From the human T2T-CHM13v2.0 reference genome, Homo sapiens, in NCBI RefSeq assembly GCF_009914755.1, contig NC_060931.1: a stretch of DNA of 64,000 nt. One strand, written 5' to 3'. The notes beneath the pieces were generated by a model. The model was not told the DNA's origin, did not search any database, and saw only the letters and a program-made list of their open reading frames with translations. A program made the translations under genes and the position numbers. Shown here one piece after another: positions 33,706 through 49,033 of this stretch (its first letter is position 1; the number at the start of each line of letters is the position of its first letter).

Positions 33706-34670
33706 CTTAAAAACAAAAGATACAAATTTATTGTAGGATTCCCAGTTTTGTGCCAAGGGGATTTGCCCGGCTTGGACCCCTAAAGGAAAGAAGCATTAAG
33801 GAAGCCAGAAAGGAGGCCAGACCGCCCTCCCTCATTTGCTTCCTTTCCAAATGCCAGGGTTGGTTCTGAAGCCAAACTGAGTGCCCTCCTGAGGGTGCCC
33901 TCTCGAGAGTGGCCCATGTCCAGGACCCATGCTGTGGGGGCCCTGCCACCCCCAGCCAGCCCAGCACAGAGCGAGCATTCAGCCCACCATCCTGACAGAC
34001 ACAGCCCAGACTGTGTGCCAAGCCCCGCATGGCCAGGAAGCACAACCACTTTGTCTCAGGCCAACTGGTAAACAGGAAGCTTATCCTTTGTGGCAATGGC
34101 TGGTCCTGTAAGCCTGCGAATGGGCTGGAGCTGTCACTGGCTCCTTTCATATTTTGAAAAATGCACCACCCTTGGGATGAGGAAACTCTGGTTATGACTC
34201 AGGCTGAATGAACAGATGGAGGGATGCCAGCTCGGTAAATACAGCATACCATCCATCCACTCTTATAATATGTAAGAGTATCAAAATGAGTGTAAAGTTA
34301 ATTACAGTAATGTGATCTGGGAAAAGTCATTTAGTTCTCATAATGAAAACGGTCAGAGCATCTCTGAAGAATGTATTAGTCAGATCTTGCTTAATTTGAA
34401 GAGAGCTCAACAGGGTGAGGCAGCCAGACTGGGTTATGGAGAGGTTCCCAGAGTGTTACAGCTTCCAACGCCAGCATGAGACACGAGAGAAAGACAGAGT
34501 GGGAAACAATGCAGAAAATGCCCATCCCTCCTGTGAAGTTAAAGCACAAGTGAACCCTAAAGACCAGGAGAAGCCCATAACTATTCAGGGAGTGACTTTC
34601 TTCTATTGTCTAACTCGAGAATACCCTGGCAGGTTCTAGTGGGGAACTTGGCCCTGGAACATTCCATTAC

Positions 34671-34685
34671 CTTTTGCCACATCAT
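34671..34685 (-). CDS. COA1: COA1 first coding segment MMWQK (exon 34671-34723; remainder is 5'UTR)
   Basis: Acceptor ttctaattgCAG| at 34724; ATG ATG TGG CAA AAG|GTAATG. The five segments sum to 15+100+149+77+100=441 nt = 146 aa + stop. Confidence 0.93.
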
Positions 34686-35184
34686 AGCACAACTCTCTTG
34701 AAAATCATCAAAGGCAAGTTGTCCTGCAATTAGAAAAGATTTTACATTAAAATCATATTTTTAAAGCCCAGTTCTCTCTAGTCTCATACAGCCAAGATTT
34801 ATTACCAACCCAAGCTTTAGAACACGAACAAGAAGTTAAAATTAAACTCTAAAACAAGCCTTGTCTGTGAAAGGCCCTGGTTTTTCCCCCTTCTGCTGCC
34901 AAATTAGGAAGAAAAAACAAAGCCTGCGGGTTTCCTGTCTGTGTCCTATGTAGTTTTTGTTACAGCAACCAAAGAACCGGTGTGCACAAGGGAGAACCGC
35001 AGACAGCAAGTGCTTTGACCACAGCACAAACACAGGGCCAATCAACAGGAGGCTGGACCTGCAGAAGCAAGATGCTAGCAATAAAAGCTGTACATGACAG
35101 AGTGAAAACAGCACTTCAGAGTTAAAAAGAAACAATAGTACAGTAAACTTATACATGGACTTTAACAATATTGATAATACCTAA

Positions 35185-35430
35185 TACTTCTGTCTCTGAC
35201 TATTATGTGTCTTGTACCATTCTAAGCACTTTATATAATTCATTTAATTCTCACAACCCTTTGAAGTAGGAACTATTATCATCACGCTCATTTTGCAGAT
35301 GAGTAAACTGAGGCACAGAAAGGTTAAGTAACATGCCCAAAGGTGCACTAATAAGTGAATAAGTGGTAGAACTGGGATTCAAATTCATGCAGTCTGGCTC
35401 CAGCATCTGCTCTTTCAACCACTGTGGTAC
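35185..35430 (-). mobile_element. MIR
   Basis: cattttgcagatgagtaaactgaggcacagaaaggttaagtaac.tgcccaa core. Confidence 0.85.
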
Positions 35431-35729
35431 ACGAGCTTTAAGATATCTAATTAAAGCAATATTGAAATGTGAAAACAAACAGTGTCTCTGAGCTAAAATA
35501 TATTCTTACTGTTCAGTGTAAAAGTCCTTGGCAGGCATGCCTTTCCTGCTATTTTTCCAGACAAGGTGGATACATATTTGTACCTTCATTCCTTCTTTTG
35601 TTTAGCAAACGGTTACTGAGGGTCTGATCTGGTCAGACAGTAAGAATATAAAAACAGTATCAAGATATAAGGAATTTTCCTTGGTCCTGAGGGGAATACA
35701 GACAATTAAACAAATAATTATAACATAGA

Positions 35730-35928
35730 TCTATCACATGCAACTGCACGGCTATGCACTGCACAACCCTTGTAGGGCACCATGCACATTAGAGAAATCA
35801 AAGATTTGTATCTTTATTAAGACAGTTTGCCAACAGTTGGAAGTACTATAAAGTATCTTGAAGAAGGGATGGGGATGGTTGTCTTTTTCTAATTTGCACA
35901 AAGGTGCCTTTGGGCTAGCAGCAGCCTG
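35730..35928 (+). mobile_element. MER91-like hAT-Tip100 MITE
   Basis: gcactgcacaac...gggcacca and ...gcacaaaggtgcc...gggctagcagcagcctg. Confidence 0.5.
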
Positions 35929-37777
35929 GTTAGTGCAACCAGACATATGCACCAAGAGAGGAAGTAACACTCAGGAAGTGGTCAACCTTGCTGCAGGGCA
36001 TCAGCGGAGGTTTCACAGAGGAAGTTTACCTTGAGAAGAGAAAGGTGAAAAGAGCAGAACAGCTTCAAATCCAGGAAATGACAAACAAAGGCAGAGTGAG
36101 CAGAAACAAGAACTGCTGAAGTGTAAAGCGCAGGAGAGAAGCCACAGGAAGCATGTCCAGAAATGGAGGGGTGAGAGCATAGTGGGTGATTACTGCTAAG
36201 AAAGACCCTCGACCCTGAGCTGTCGGACTCTGCAGATGAGGGGCTACAGAAAAATCTCTCTGGGACAGGGGTGGGCAGATGGGGGAGAGAAGGCAATGCA
36301 GCAGGACTGCCAGAGGACACCAAAGCCCAGAGCTAAGACCAAGGTAGCAAGTGTGCCGCAAAAGGGTGGTTTCTTAAAATACTTAGGATGGGTCTTATTT
36401 ATTTACTTATTTTTATACTTGCTCATTCCAAAAAGGATGATGGAGCTAACAAAGATACATACTTTAGAAGAAAAGAAAATAGGTAAGGAAATGAAGATAA
36501 ATGAAAAATAATATTCAGAAAAGAAATAAGGCTGAAATAAAGTTAGAGCACAATAGGACATACTGTCATTCACTAGGCATTTCCTCAAGGTGCCACATAT
36601 TTGACACGGCTTCCTATCTGCTCAATAGACAGGGAAGCTTGAGGAGCTACAAGGTCCAGAGTGTCCGTGGGGAAAGGCAAACCTGCCGCTGAGTTGGAAG
36701 ACAACAGCTGCTAATACACGAAGCCTCAGAAAGCCCTCGCCAGGACTCAGAGATTCTCTCGAGTGACTCGTGTGGCAAACATCCTGTATTAAAAACAAGA
36801 TAACAAAAATAAAAAGTTCCCAACTTCCAAATGACTATGTTTTATAACATCCAACTCTGAAAGCCACATTCATACTCCCCCACCACCAAAAAAAAAAAAA
36901 AACAGAAGAATTATTTTACAAGCAGCCGAAAGAGTGAGGACTCAAGAGTGCTCAGGCAGTGAGGATCAACCAAGTCTCCCCAGAGCCCTTCCACGTCAAA
37001 GCAGGGGTTGGGGTGTGAGTGGTGGGCAGGAAATGGGTTCAGGGGTCAGTGGGGGGCAGCAGGGGCTCCTTTTCAACTAGCTTCAGTTTACCTGCCCCTT
37101 CAGCTGCCTTTCAAAGAGTGTTAGGTAGCCCCCGACCTCACAAAAAAACAAATATTCAAAAAGGCACTGTAGAGGAATAGATGGAGTTTAGGCTAACTGC
37201 ACGAATGTTACCTCTTAGAACTAGTCTTCTAGTAAGAAGTGAAAATTTAAAAATGTGATGTGCCATTCTCTGCAATAAACTCAAGTTCAATCAGTCTACT
37301 ACATTGCCAAATAAGGGCAGATTTACTTGCTTAACTGTTCGCCAAAAGGCAAGGGTTGCATCTGTATTGAAAATCAAGGAACTTGTTAGCCACAGGAAGG
37401 TGGCACAAAGCACTGGCCAAGGTCTCTGAGGAAAGCAGTCTTAACTCTGCTCTGATACACAAAGGGGTGACTTTGGCCTCCAAAGGCAAATAGTTTATAA
37501 ACCTTTTCCAAAGTACTAAACCCTTTCTAGAGTCAAAGCACAGTCTGCTAAACGGATGCAGCAGCTGCTCAAGCTGGCACAGGCTGGAGGATCCTCCTGT
37601 CAGCCTCCCCTCAGCCAGGACCAGAGGAAGCATCACCAGGCGGATCAACAGAACAGCCAGGGAGTTCAAGCCATAGACAGGATCCCACAAGGCAAGGGTG
37701 GAAGCAGGAAGGTGGTGCAACTTCAACCTGGGAAGCACATCAGAATCACAGGAAGAGCTTAAAAAAAAAAAAAAACA

Positions 37778-38075
37778 GGCCAGGTGCGGTGGCTCACGCC
37801 TGTAATCCCCACCTTTCAGGAGGCCAAGACAGGAAGATCACTTAAGCCCAGGAGTTCAAGACCAGCCTGGGCAACTTGGTGGAACCGAAACTCTACAAAA
37901 AATACAAAAATCAGTCAGATGTAGTTGCATGCACCTGTGGTCCCAGCTACTCAGGAGGCTGAGGCAGGAGGATGGCTTGAGCCCAGGAGGTGGAGGTTGC
38001 CATGAGCCGAGACCATGCCCCTGCACTCCAGCCTGGGCAACAGAGCGAGGCCCTGTTTCAAAACAAACAAACAAG
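37778..38075 (+). mobile_element. AluJ-like
   Basis: Full-length Alu with (AAAC)n tail. Confidence 0.9.
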
Positions 38076-39104
38076 ACAGATGTCCAGGCCACACCCAGAC
38101 CAATTAAAATAGAATTGACAGCGGAAAGACCCAGGCAATGGTGGGTTTTAACCTTCTCAAGTAGTCGCAATCTGCAGCCAGGCTTGGGAACCAGTGGTAT
38201 ACTGGGAACAAAGCACATAAAGCAGCATTACAGGTACCTGAAGCAGGAGCAGGGCCAAAAGCCTGGCTATGAACACAGGCCATGTGACATTCCCAGCAGA
38301 CCTATTAACACCCAGAGTCCTCTAAATCAGCGCTTTGCCAAGCATAACCTATTCACTTCACCTCTGTTCCTCTGGGTAACATGGCTGGCCTGGCTTGTCC
38401 TACATCTGGGTAACTACTACGGACCAGGCACCATGCAAGATGTTTGATATGCACTACTCCTGGTTCTTAAAACAATCATGAAAGGTAGATATTATTTTTG
38501 CCTTTCTGAACTAGAAAAAAAGCCTTAAGAAAGAAAGGTTCTGAAACTTGCTTATGGTCATGCAGCTATTCCCTATCAGAACTATTACATGCATCTGTCT
38601 GACTCCAGAGGGCATGGTCTCTCCACTGAGCCAAGACCATGGATTTCAGAAGAATCAGCTTCTCACACAGGTAGGATGTGCTGTCCAAAAGCCATTTCCA
38701 TCTGCCAGAAGCAAATCACTGCTACTCTGGGAAATAGTTTTAATCAATATATCCCCAAGTTATAATTTAAGGGAACAAGGTAAAAAAAGGAGATACAAAA
38801 TCACTTAGAGACTACTGGGAGGAAATGGAGAGATGGTTCTTCCCTATTGTTGAATGGGCATGGCCCACTGCTACTATCACTCTGGGGATTACATATCATC
38901 CAGCCTTTAAAAATCGAACCGTTGTCAAGGGTCAGGGTGGGAGGGGGTGGGGGGACAGTGGAAAGATAGTACAGAGAATTATGCTTAAGACAATAGAGAT
39001 GAAAAAAGTAAGGCAATATAAATTAAAATGAAAAAGAATAAGAAACAAAATCCAAAAGGCCAAAAATAAAGATTAAAACTTTGGCATTTAAGAAAAAGAA
39101 GTAT

Positions 39105-39553
<449 letters not shown>

Positions 39554-39748
39554 TTAAGCATTTTAAAAATTAAGTATACAAATGTTAGCGCTGACTTTTT
39601 AACCACATTTTGGCTCTGAAATCATGGAATAACTTGAATGCTTGTAGAGGAAAGGCTTACCGTAACCCTTTATTCTTAATCACGAGGCAAGCTCCCTTTG
39701 TTAAGCTGAGTTAAGAATGTTAATAAAAGGCTGTCCAACACCCTTTCT

Positions 39749-39828
39749 ACAGGTTGGCACAAAAGTAATTGTGGTTTTCACCACTGAAAGTAATGGCGAA
39801 AACCACAATTACTTTTGCACCAACCTAA
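39749..39828. mobile_element. MADE1 (Hsmar1-derived 80-bp MITE)
   Basis: aggttggcacaaaagtaattgtggttt...aaaccacaattacttttgcaccaacctaa inverted repeats. Confidence 0.92.
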
Positions 39829-41432
39829 TATCAGAGATGTCTGCTACTCATCCCATGAAGACCAAGACTGCCTGGAGAGAGGGTCCCTGTGCCAATGGGA
39901 AGGATTAATGATTTTTTTTAAAGATTAATAAACTGTAAAATGACGGAAGATGCCATTTAGTTTAAGAGGGCATCAAGCTACCACTTCCTGATATGACTTC
40001 AGAAATTCCATTTAAAATACCTATAAAGATACACACAAGAAAAGACAGAAAGTAGGGCCTGCTTGGAACCATAACAAGTTGCAAAAGTCTGAGGAAATTT
40101 CCACTAACCACAATGTAAGTGAAGAGAGAAAGAGAAACATGTCCATGGACAAATGAACCCTGGCAGAGATGGCCAGAAAGCCTGTGGAGAAAGGGTTCGG
40201 CCCTTCACCTCTCTCCACACCCAGCTCAAAGTTTCTGGGTTTGTAGCAATCAGGAAACAGGCTGGCCAGCCCCAAACTGGGTATGAGTCCAGCTTCCAGA
40301 GACAGCCATTGTCATTTCCCCACCCCACTCTGTTTCTATATCCATTCAGAGACTACAATCCTAAGTAAACCCAGCAGTAAGGAGAGGCAGGATTGGCAGC
40401 GGTGCAATAACAAACTCACTCTAAGAAATAAAAGAATATGGAGAAAAATATCACTTTGGGTACTTAATTGGTTGTAGAAAGACTGCCTGTTAAGAACCAC
40501 ACGTGATGGGAACAAAGGACACTACACGCTAAAGAAGGAAAGGGAAGAAACTCAAATAAGGAGTGATGTCAAGGAAACTCACAAACTAGAATTAACATAG
40601 CAGAAAGCCAAATTCATAATGAAGTCATATTCAGGAAGTTATTGAAAAAAAAATCCAAATGCATAATGAAAGAACAAGAATATAAAAATGAAGAGCAAGA
40701 AAATGGCAAGTGGAGATTTAGAAACTAAGATCTGTTCAACAGATCATTGCTTCTGATGTTAAATAACTAGAGTAAATGGAAGATGAGATAAAACAAAAAT
40801 GATACTAAAAGAAAACTTGAAAAAAGACAAAAATGTAGAACATGTTCCAGTTCCGTTCACCAACACCTCCTGGTAAAATTTTACATACCATTTTCCCAAA
40901 AGGTATACCAACAAAGGATGACATATTGGAGTAGCCTTAGGCTTCTTCTCTGTAACTACAAATTCCTGAGAATAAAGGCCCAACCAAACTGTGTGAAGAG
41001 GAAGACATTATAAATTTGGAACAAACTCAAGATATTCTATAATCTACATAGACATCCTGAAAACATTATTTGAAAACATATTGCAACTTATTGAAAAAAA
41101 ATCCAAATTCCTTAAAAATAATGGCATATTAGGACCAGCAGCATGCACTGAGACCAATTAATCCAAATAATTGTTTACTTATAAAATGAACAGAAACATC
41201 TAGTGTTTTGTTATTTTACTTTTTATTATTTTAATTATTTTTAGTATTTTAGATGGAATCTCACTATGGTGCCCAGGCTGGTCTTCAATTCCTAGCCTCC
41301 AGTAATCCTCCTGCCAAGTACTAGTACCCCATCTCTACTAAAAATACAAAATATTAGCCGGGCATAGTGGCATAGTTTTTAAAAAGACATACAATATTTA
41401 AATTTACAATACAGCCTAAAATTCCAGATATT

Positions 41433-41732
<300 letters not shown>

Positions 41733-41789
41733 ACTCCAGTATTAACATATAAAATGTAGGTAAAGACAGCCCCAGTGAACCACACCACC

Positions 41790-42308
41790 TGATAGTTCTA
41801 TCTTCCCCCAATTAATCCAACTGGCTGTATGACTCGCTTCAACCAACAGGAGGAGGCAGAATTGATGTTGGAACTGTTCCATGCCTCCACTTTAAGGAGG
41901 CTTGGCAGTTTGCACTCTGGCACTCTTGGGAAGCCTAAGCCACTATATAAGAATTATGGTTATCCTGCTAGTGGGGTTCTTGCTACATAAAAAGACCACG
42001 TAAGAAGCCACTTTGTGAGGAAGAGGCCTAAGATGGGTGGGAGGGAGAAGATGCCCCACTGTTCCAATATTCCAGTTGAACCCAGTCATCCTTACCAAGG
42101 CACTAGCCATGTGAATGAGCTGTCATGGACATTCTAGTTTAAGTGGGCTACCAGATGACTGCAGTACCAGCAGAACATCCATGGGACAAAAGAACCATCA
42201 GCTGATCCAAGTCAACCTACGGAATCATGAAAGATAATAAAATTATTTTAGTTGTAAGCTACTAAATTTTGACAAGGTTTGTTATGCAGCCATTGAAAAT
42301 GGAAATAC
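41790..42308 (+). mobile_element. MLT1 (G/H-like) MaLR LTR
   Basis: 3' end aataaa...gttgtaagctactaaatttt...gtttgttatgcagc typical of MLT1. Confidence 0.65.
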
Positions 42309-42478
42309 CTTTTACAATATCTTCTAAAAGGATTTTTAAAAACCTCTTTCAGATATGTTACTTTTAAGAGCAGCAATTTAAAAAGCAAAGAAAGACTTAA
42401 AAATAGAAGACTTGGAACATTCAAACAAACACAAGGAGGGCAGAAATATTCAAAGAGTTGAATTTAAGACAAAACATA

Positions 42479-42777
42479 GGCCAGGCATGGTGGCTCATGC
42501 CTGTAATCCCAGCATTTTGGGAGGCCAAGGCAGGCGGATCACGAGGTCAAGAGATCGAGACCATCCTGGCCAACATGGTGAAACCCTGTCTCTACTAAAA
42601 ATATAAAAATTGGCTGGGCATGGTGGCGCAGCCCTAATCCCAGCTACTCGGGAGGCTGAGGCAGGAGAAATCACTTGAACCCAAGAGGCAGAGGTTTGCA
42701 GTGAGCCAAAATCGTGCTGCTGCACTCCAGCATGGCTACAGAGCGAGATTCCATCTCAAAAAACAAAAAAACAAAAA
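42479..42777 (+). mobile_element. AluSc
   Basis: GATCACGAGGTCAAGAGATCGAGACCATCCTGGCCAAC diagnostic. Confidence 0.88.
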
Positions 42778-42882
42778 GTATTTGAGACAAAGATAAACAA
42801 TAATACAGTAGTTATTAACATAACATAGCAAATATCATTATACCAAAATAAAGCCAAAAACTACCACCTACCGCAAATATTA

Positions 42883-42920
42883 AAAAAGAAAAGAAAAGAA
42901 AAGAAAAGAAAAGAAAAGAA
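42883..42920 (+). repeat. (GAAAA)n microsatellite
   Basis: Seen directly. Confidence 0.9.
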
Positions 42921-42985
42921 CTAGAGAGGGAGACCACAGATCGCTTTCCAGTTTTAGCAAATCCAGCTAACAAAAGAGCAGTCAA

Positions 42986-43143
42986 GGCCGGTTGCGGTGG
43001 CTCACGCCTGTAATCCCAGCACTTTGGGAGTCCAAGGCAGGAGGACTGTTTGAGTCCAGGAGTTCAAGACCAGCCTGGGCAACACAGTGAGACCCTATCT
43101 CAAAAAGAAATAAAATAAAATATAAAATAAAAATTAAAAAAAA
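42986..43143 (+). mobile_element. FLAM_C
   Basis: Monomeric left-arm Alu; TSD ending cagtcaa. Confidence 0.85.
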
Positions 43144-43779
43144 CAGTCAAGAACAGAGAATTTGAGTAATATAGTTTTTACCTTGCAAAGTACAACATGT
43201 GTGTATGTGTTATCTGTGGCGATATATGTGTAAACACTAGCAGGTAGCACCCATCCCATAAAGCTTTGTGGGACTGACATAAACCAACCTGTTTTCACTG
43301 CCCAGTCCTGTGACTACTCCGGGAAAGTAAATCTGAACCACTCTGGAGAGGGCAAAGCAAGTGTATAGATTAGCAATTACATATCTTAAATCAACTTCAT
43401 CTGAACCATAGTGGAACTATCTTCTCATACTACTGCAAGTGGCTAACCATTATCCCTAATTTTGAAAATTATGGTAAAAATCTGAAATTTAAGTTTTAAA
43501 TTAGAAGATGGAAGAACTCAAATCAGTTTGATGCCATTTTCAATGAGAATAAAACAAACTGAAAATGTTAACAGTTGTTACCCATTCATTCAATCAACAA
43601 ATATTTGCCAACTGCATCCAAAACCAGGCGCCGTGCTAGGCACTAGAAACAAAAAAGAGAACAAAACAGACAGGTCATTTATGGACCTTACCCTGTGCTG
43701 TAGTGTGAGGAGACAAACAGTAAACAAATAAGATCACTTCAGTTAGTAATAAGTACTTTAAAAAAAAAATAGGGTGTTA

Positions 43780-44122
43780 AGAAAATAAGAAGAAAAGCCA
43801 CAGACTGGGAGAAAATATTTACTAAAGACATCTGATAAAAGAATTGTTACCCAAAATATGCAAAGAACTTGTAAAATTCAACAATAAGAAAATGAACAAC
43901 TTAATTTGAAAATGGGCAAAAATGCTGAACAAACATCTCACCAAAGATACAGAGAAGGCAAATAAGCATATGAAAGGTGCTCAACATTATATGTTTATTA
44001 GGAAATTGCAAATTAAAACAACGAGAGGCGGAGGTTGCAGTGAGCCAAGATCCTGCCACTGTACTTCAGCCTGAGAGACAGAGTATGACTCTGTGTCAAA
44101 AAATAAAAATTAAAATAAAAAA
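43780..44122 (+). mobile_element. L1M ORF2 fragment fused to an Alu right-arm fragment
   Basis: gccacagactgggagaaaatattt...caaattaaaacaac joined to gaggcggaggttgcagtgagcc. Confidence 0.75.
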
Positions 44123-44167
44123 ATTAAGTCTATTTTATTTATTTTTTTTAAAAAAGTTACTGCTGAA

Positions 44168-44441
44168 GGCCCGGCGCTGTGGCTCACGCTTGTAATCCCA
44201 GCACTTTGGGAGGCCGAGGCGGGTGGATCACGGGGTCAGGAGATCGAGACCATCCTGGCTAACACAGTGAAACCTCGTCTCTACTAAAAATACAAAAAAT
44301 TAGCCCAGCATGGTGGCGGGCACCGGGAGGCGGAGGCAGGAGAATGGCGTGAACTTGAGAGGCAGAGCCTGCAGTGAGCCGAGATTGCGCCACTGCACTC
44401 CAGCCTGGGCGACACAGCGAGACTGTCTCAAAAAAAAAAAA
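44168..44441 (+). mobile_element. AluY-like with small internal deletion
   Basis: Lacks tgtagtcccagctactc; TSD ending ctgaa. Confidence 0.88.
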
Positions 44442-45857
44442 TTTACCACTGAAAAGAAATTAGCTCAAAGATGTGATAAAATGTCATCTGAGAACAAATC
44501 AAACCTCTCGAAACTAAGATATAACATAAACACCTGATAAAACATATGCTAATATTCATAATGAATTATAAAACCCAAATAATGAATGAAATCGAATTGT
44601 TTTCTAAACTGCACTTTCTTAAGACCAAATAACATAGTAAGGGTTGTTCTCCCTCTAAAATCTACTCTAATTTCACTCCTACCTCTCGCCAGTGTTCACT
44701 ATCAAAACCTTGAAATATTCAAGTGGGAAATGCCATGTGAAGACTCTCTCAAAAATAAGCAAACAAATAAATATCATGACATACTAGAATATGAAAGGGG
44801 GAAGCGCAATTTTAATGTGGCAGTGAAGAACGGCACCTCTGCCAAGGTGACATGTGAGACTGGAGGGATCATTTGAAAACCAGGGGAAGGGCACGCCAAA
44901 CACGCCAAGGCCCTGAGGCAGCCACAGGCTCGGTATCTTCAAGAAGCAGAAGGCAGGCTCATGAATGAGGTGTGGAAGAGGAGGCCAGGCAAGAGGGCAG
45001 GGTCTTCATCATGCAGGTTTTGTAGGTATGGTAGGGAGTCTGGATTTTACTCAAAGTGTAAGAGAAGATGCTGAAGGTTTCAATCAGGAAATGACACAGT
45101 ATGACTTGCTTTTTGTTAAAGATTTCTCTAGAAAGGACAAGAATGGAAGCAGGGAGTCCAATTAAAAGGCTCCATGGCAGAGCTGGTGGTGGCTTGGACT
45201 AGCTGGTAGCAGCAGACCTGCAAAGAAGTAAATCCACTTGAGATATGAAGCAGAATTAACAGGACTTGTTGACAAATTATTAACAGAAATTGGGGAAAGG
45301 GTGAAGGACAAGGCGCATAGCAGAGTGATTTCTGAATTTATCAATATTATCCTTAAACCTCCTTACAAAAAACTTGAGCATTGAAAACTACCATGCAGTT
45401 GGAACTTAGTAATGATAAAGAGTCTTGATGGAAAGTTTTAAATAGAAAACCATGATTTCTAAATCATTAGTCATGACATCTGCTTGAACAAATACATTTC
45501 AAGGCCATTCTCTTGTAGATTTTAAACCACAGCAAGAAGGTATTCAGTACTTTCTGGCATAAAAACTTCATGGAATGGACTCTGATTCATAACCATTTTG
45601 CAAATGAATATGAGTAGGGCAAACCCTATTAAACATTTACTTCAGCATTCCTATTAAGAGCCTCCATTTTAGAAAAAAACATTTATAAAAATAAAACAAT
45701 TTGGTATCAGTGACTACAAAAGGAATCTGGGAGGTTTGCTATTGACTCTTCCCTCCCTAGAGTCCTCCCTTTATTCTCACAGACTCAGGTGTTTGCTTTC
45801 TATTTCTCTGGAGAGTCCTCTCCACTCCCCTGCCTGTTTTACATAGCCCCCCATTCT

Positions 45858-46230
45858 ATATTAGGGGCTGAATTGTGTCCTCCCAAAATTCATATGTTGA
45901 AGCCCTAATTCCCAGGTCCTCAGAACATCACAGTATCTGGAAAAAAGGTCTTTAAAGAGGTAATTAAATTAATATGAGATTTTCAGGGTGCATCTTAATC
46001 CGATAAGAAATCTGGACTCAGACATACACACATACAGAGAAAAGACTGTGTTAAGACAAAAGGAGAGGGTGGCATCTACAAGCCAAGGCAAAAGGCCTCA
46101 GAGGAAACCAACCCTGACAACACCTTCATCTTCAACTTCTACCTCCAGACCTGTGAGAAAATATATTCCTGTCATTTAAACCACCCAGTCTGTGCTATTT
46201 TGTTAATGACGGACCTAGCAAATTGATACA
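45858..46230 (+). mobile_element. MLT1B-like MaLR LTR
   Basis: gggctgaattgtgtcctcccaaaattcatatgttgaagccctaa... to ...gcaaattgataca. Confidence 0.8.
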
Positions 46231-47411
46231 CTCTATATACCCTTTCCTACTCCCCGACCCCAAGAACATCTCATTCAAGGGCATGAATCTAGGTCTACTA
46301 AAATAATCCCCACATCTCTATCTCCAGGCCAGGTGTCCCTTCTGCACTTGAAATTCCTAGTAAATACTTCCACAAGTCCCCATGTGAGCTCCTGCCCTGA
46401 CCCTCCTCCACTCCACACCAGGTCTCCCCTTCCTGCATTCCCTACTTGGTGAACGGAACCAACCCAGGTGCCTAAATCAGATACCTGGGAGTCATCCTCA
46501 TAAAAACAAAAGTGGCTTCCATATGTTTACTCACATGCAAGAAAGAGCTTTGCATGTATCTTATCAAATCTTCTTAAGGGTCTTATAAAGCAGGAATTAC
46601 TCTCCCTATTTTGTAAGTGAAGAAGCTGAGATTTGGGTTAATTGTGAGAGCCACTCCTTTAAGAAGTGACAGAGTCAGGATTTGAGCCCAGGTCTGCCTG
46701 ACTCCAGGGCCTATGCTCCTCACCTAAATTACCCCCAATCTAATCAGGCCCCCTCAAACCCATACAATCTGTTTCCTAAATATCTTTGGATATTTTCCAC
46801 CTTGTCTTTATCCTCCAAATGCCCTAATTTGGCCCCTAAGTATCTCTTTCAACCAAGGGGTTATCAAGACTGCTCTGCCTTTGGCCTCATTCCTCTCTAG
46901 TCTAGAATCCTTCTAATACAGAAAACTGATTGTATCCCATTCTTCAATGGCTCCCCATCCTATTCAGAATAAAATCTAAGCTTCTTTGCATTACACGGTC
47001 TTACTGCCCAGTTTCCTCACCACATTCTTAAATCCCAACCACCCTCCTGAGTTACACTGAGCAGAACATGGTAAGTGCCACAGGCCCTGGCACTTCCTGT
47101 CCACCCTGGCAACCCTAACCACCCTTTAAGTCTCAGCTCAAATGCTAATTTTAGTGTTAGAAGAGGTCCTTGGCTTACCAAGGCAAACTTAATTTTCTTT
47201 CACCTATACTTTCACAATAGTTACTTTAGTATGCTATGGCTGTTAAATTACCTAATTCTCAATAGACATTTAACTACTTTAAGGCTAGGATTGGGTTTTC
47301 CATTTTAGAATGCCTCATATCTAACACATAGAATAGGAGATCAATGTTTGTGGCATCAATCTAACAGGATGTTACTAGATTTGTGGTAGGTAAAGAGTGG
47401 GATTCTACTAA

Positions 47412-47723
<312 letters not shown>

Positions 47724-47799
47724 GAGACATTTCCAGAAAGAAAATACCAGTTTCCTAGATCACAATCCAGGGTTTCTATCTAACTTCAATCACTCTTGG

Positions 47800-48920
<1,121 letters not shown>

Positions 48921-49033
48921 AAGGAACCAAGAGACCCAAGGTCTCAAAACTCAGGCCTATCTCAACTGCTCTGTTATTACTATTTTTGTCATAAATCAAG
49001 TGCCATACCAGTATGGATCTGTTTCTAAAGTCT

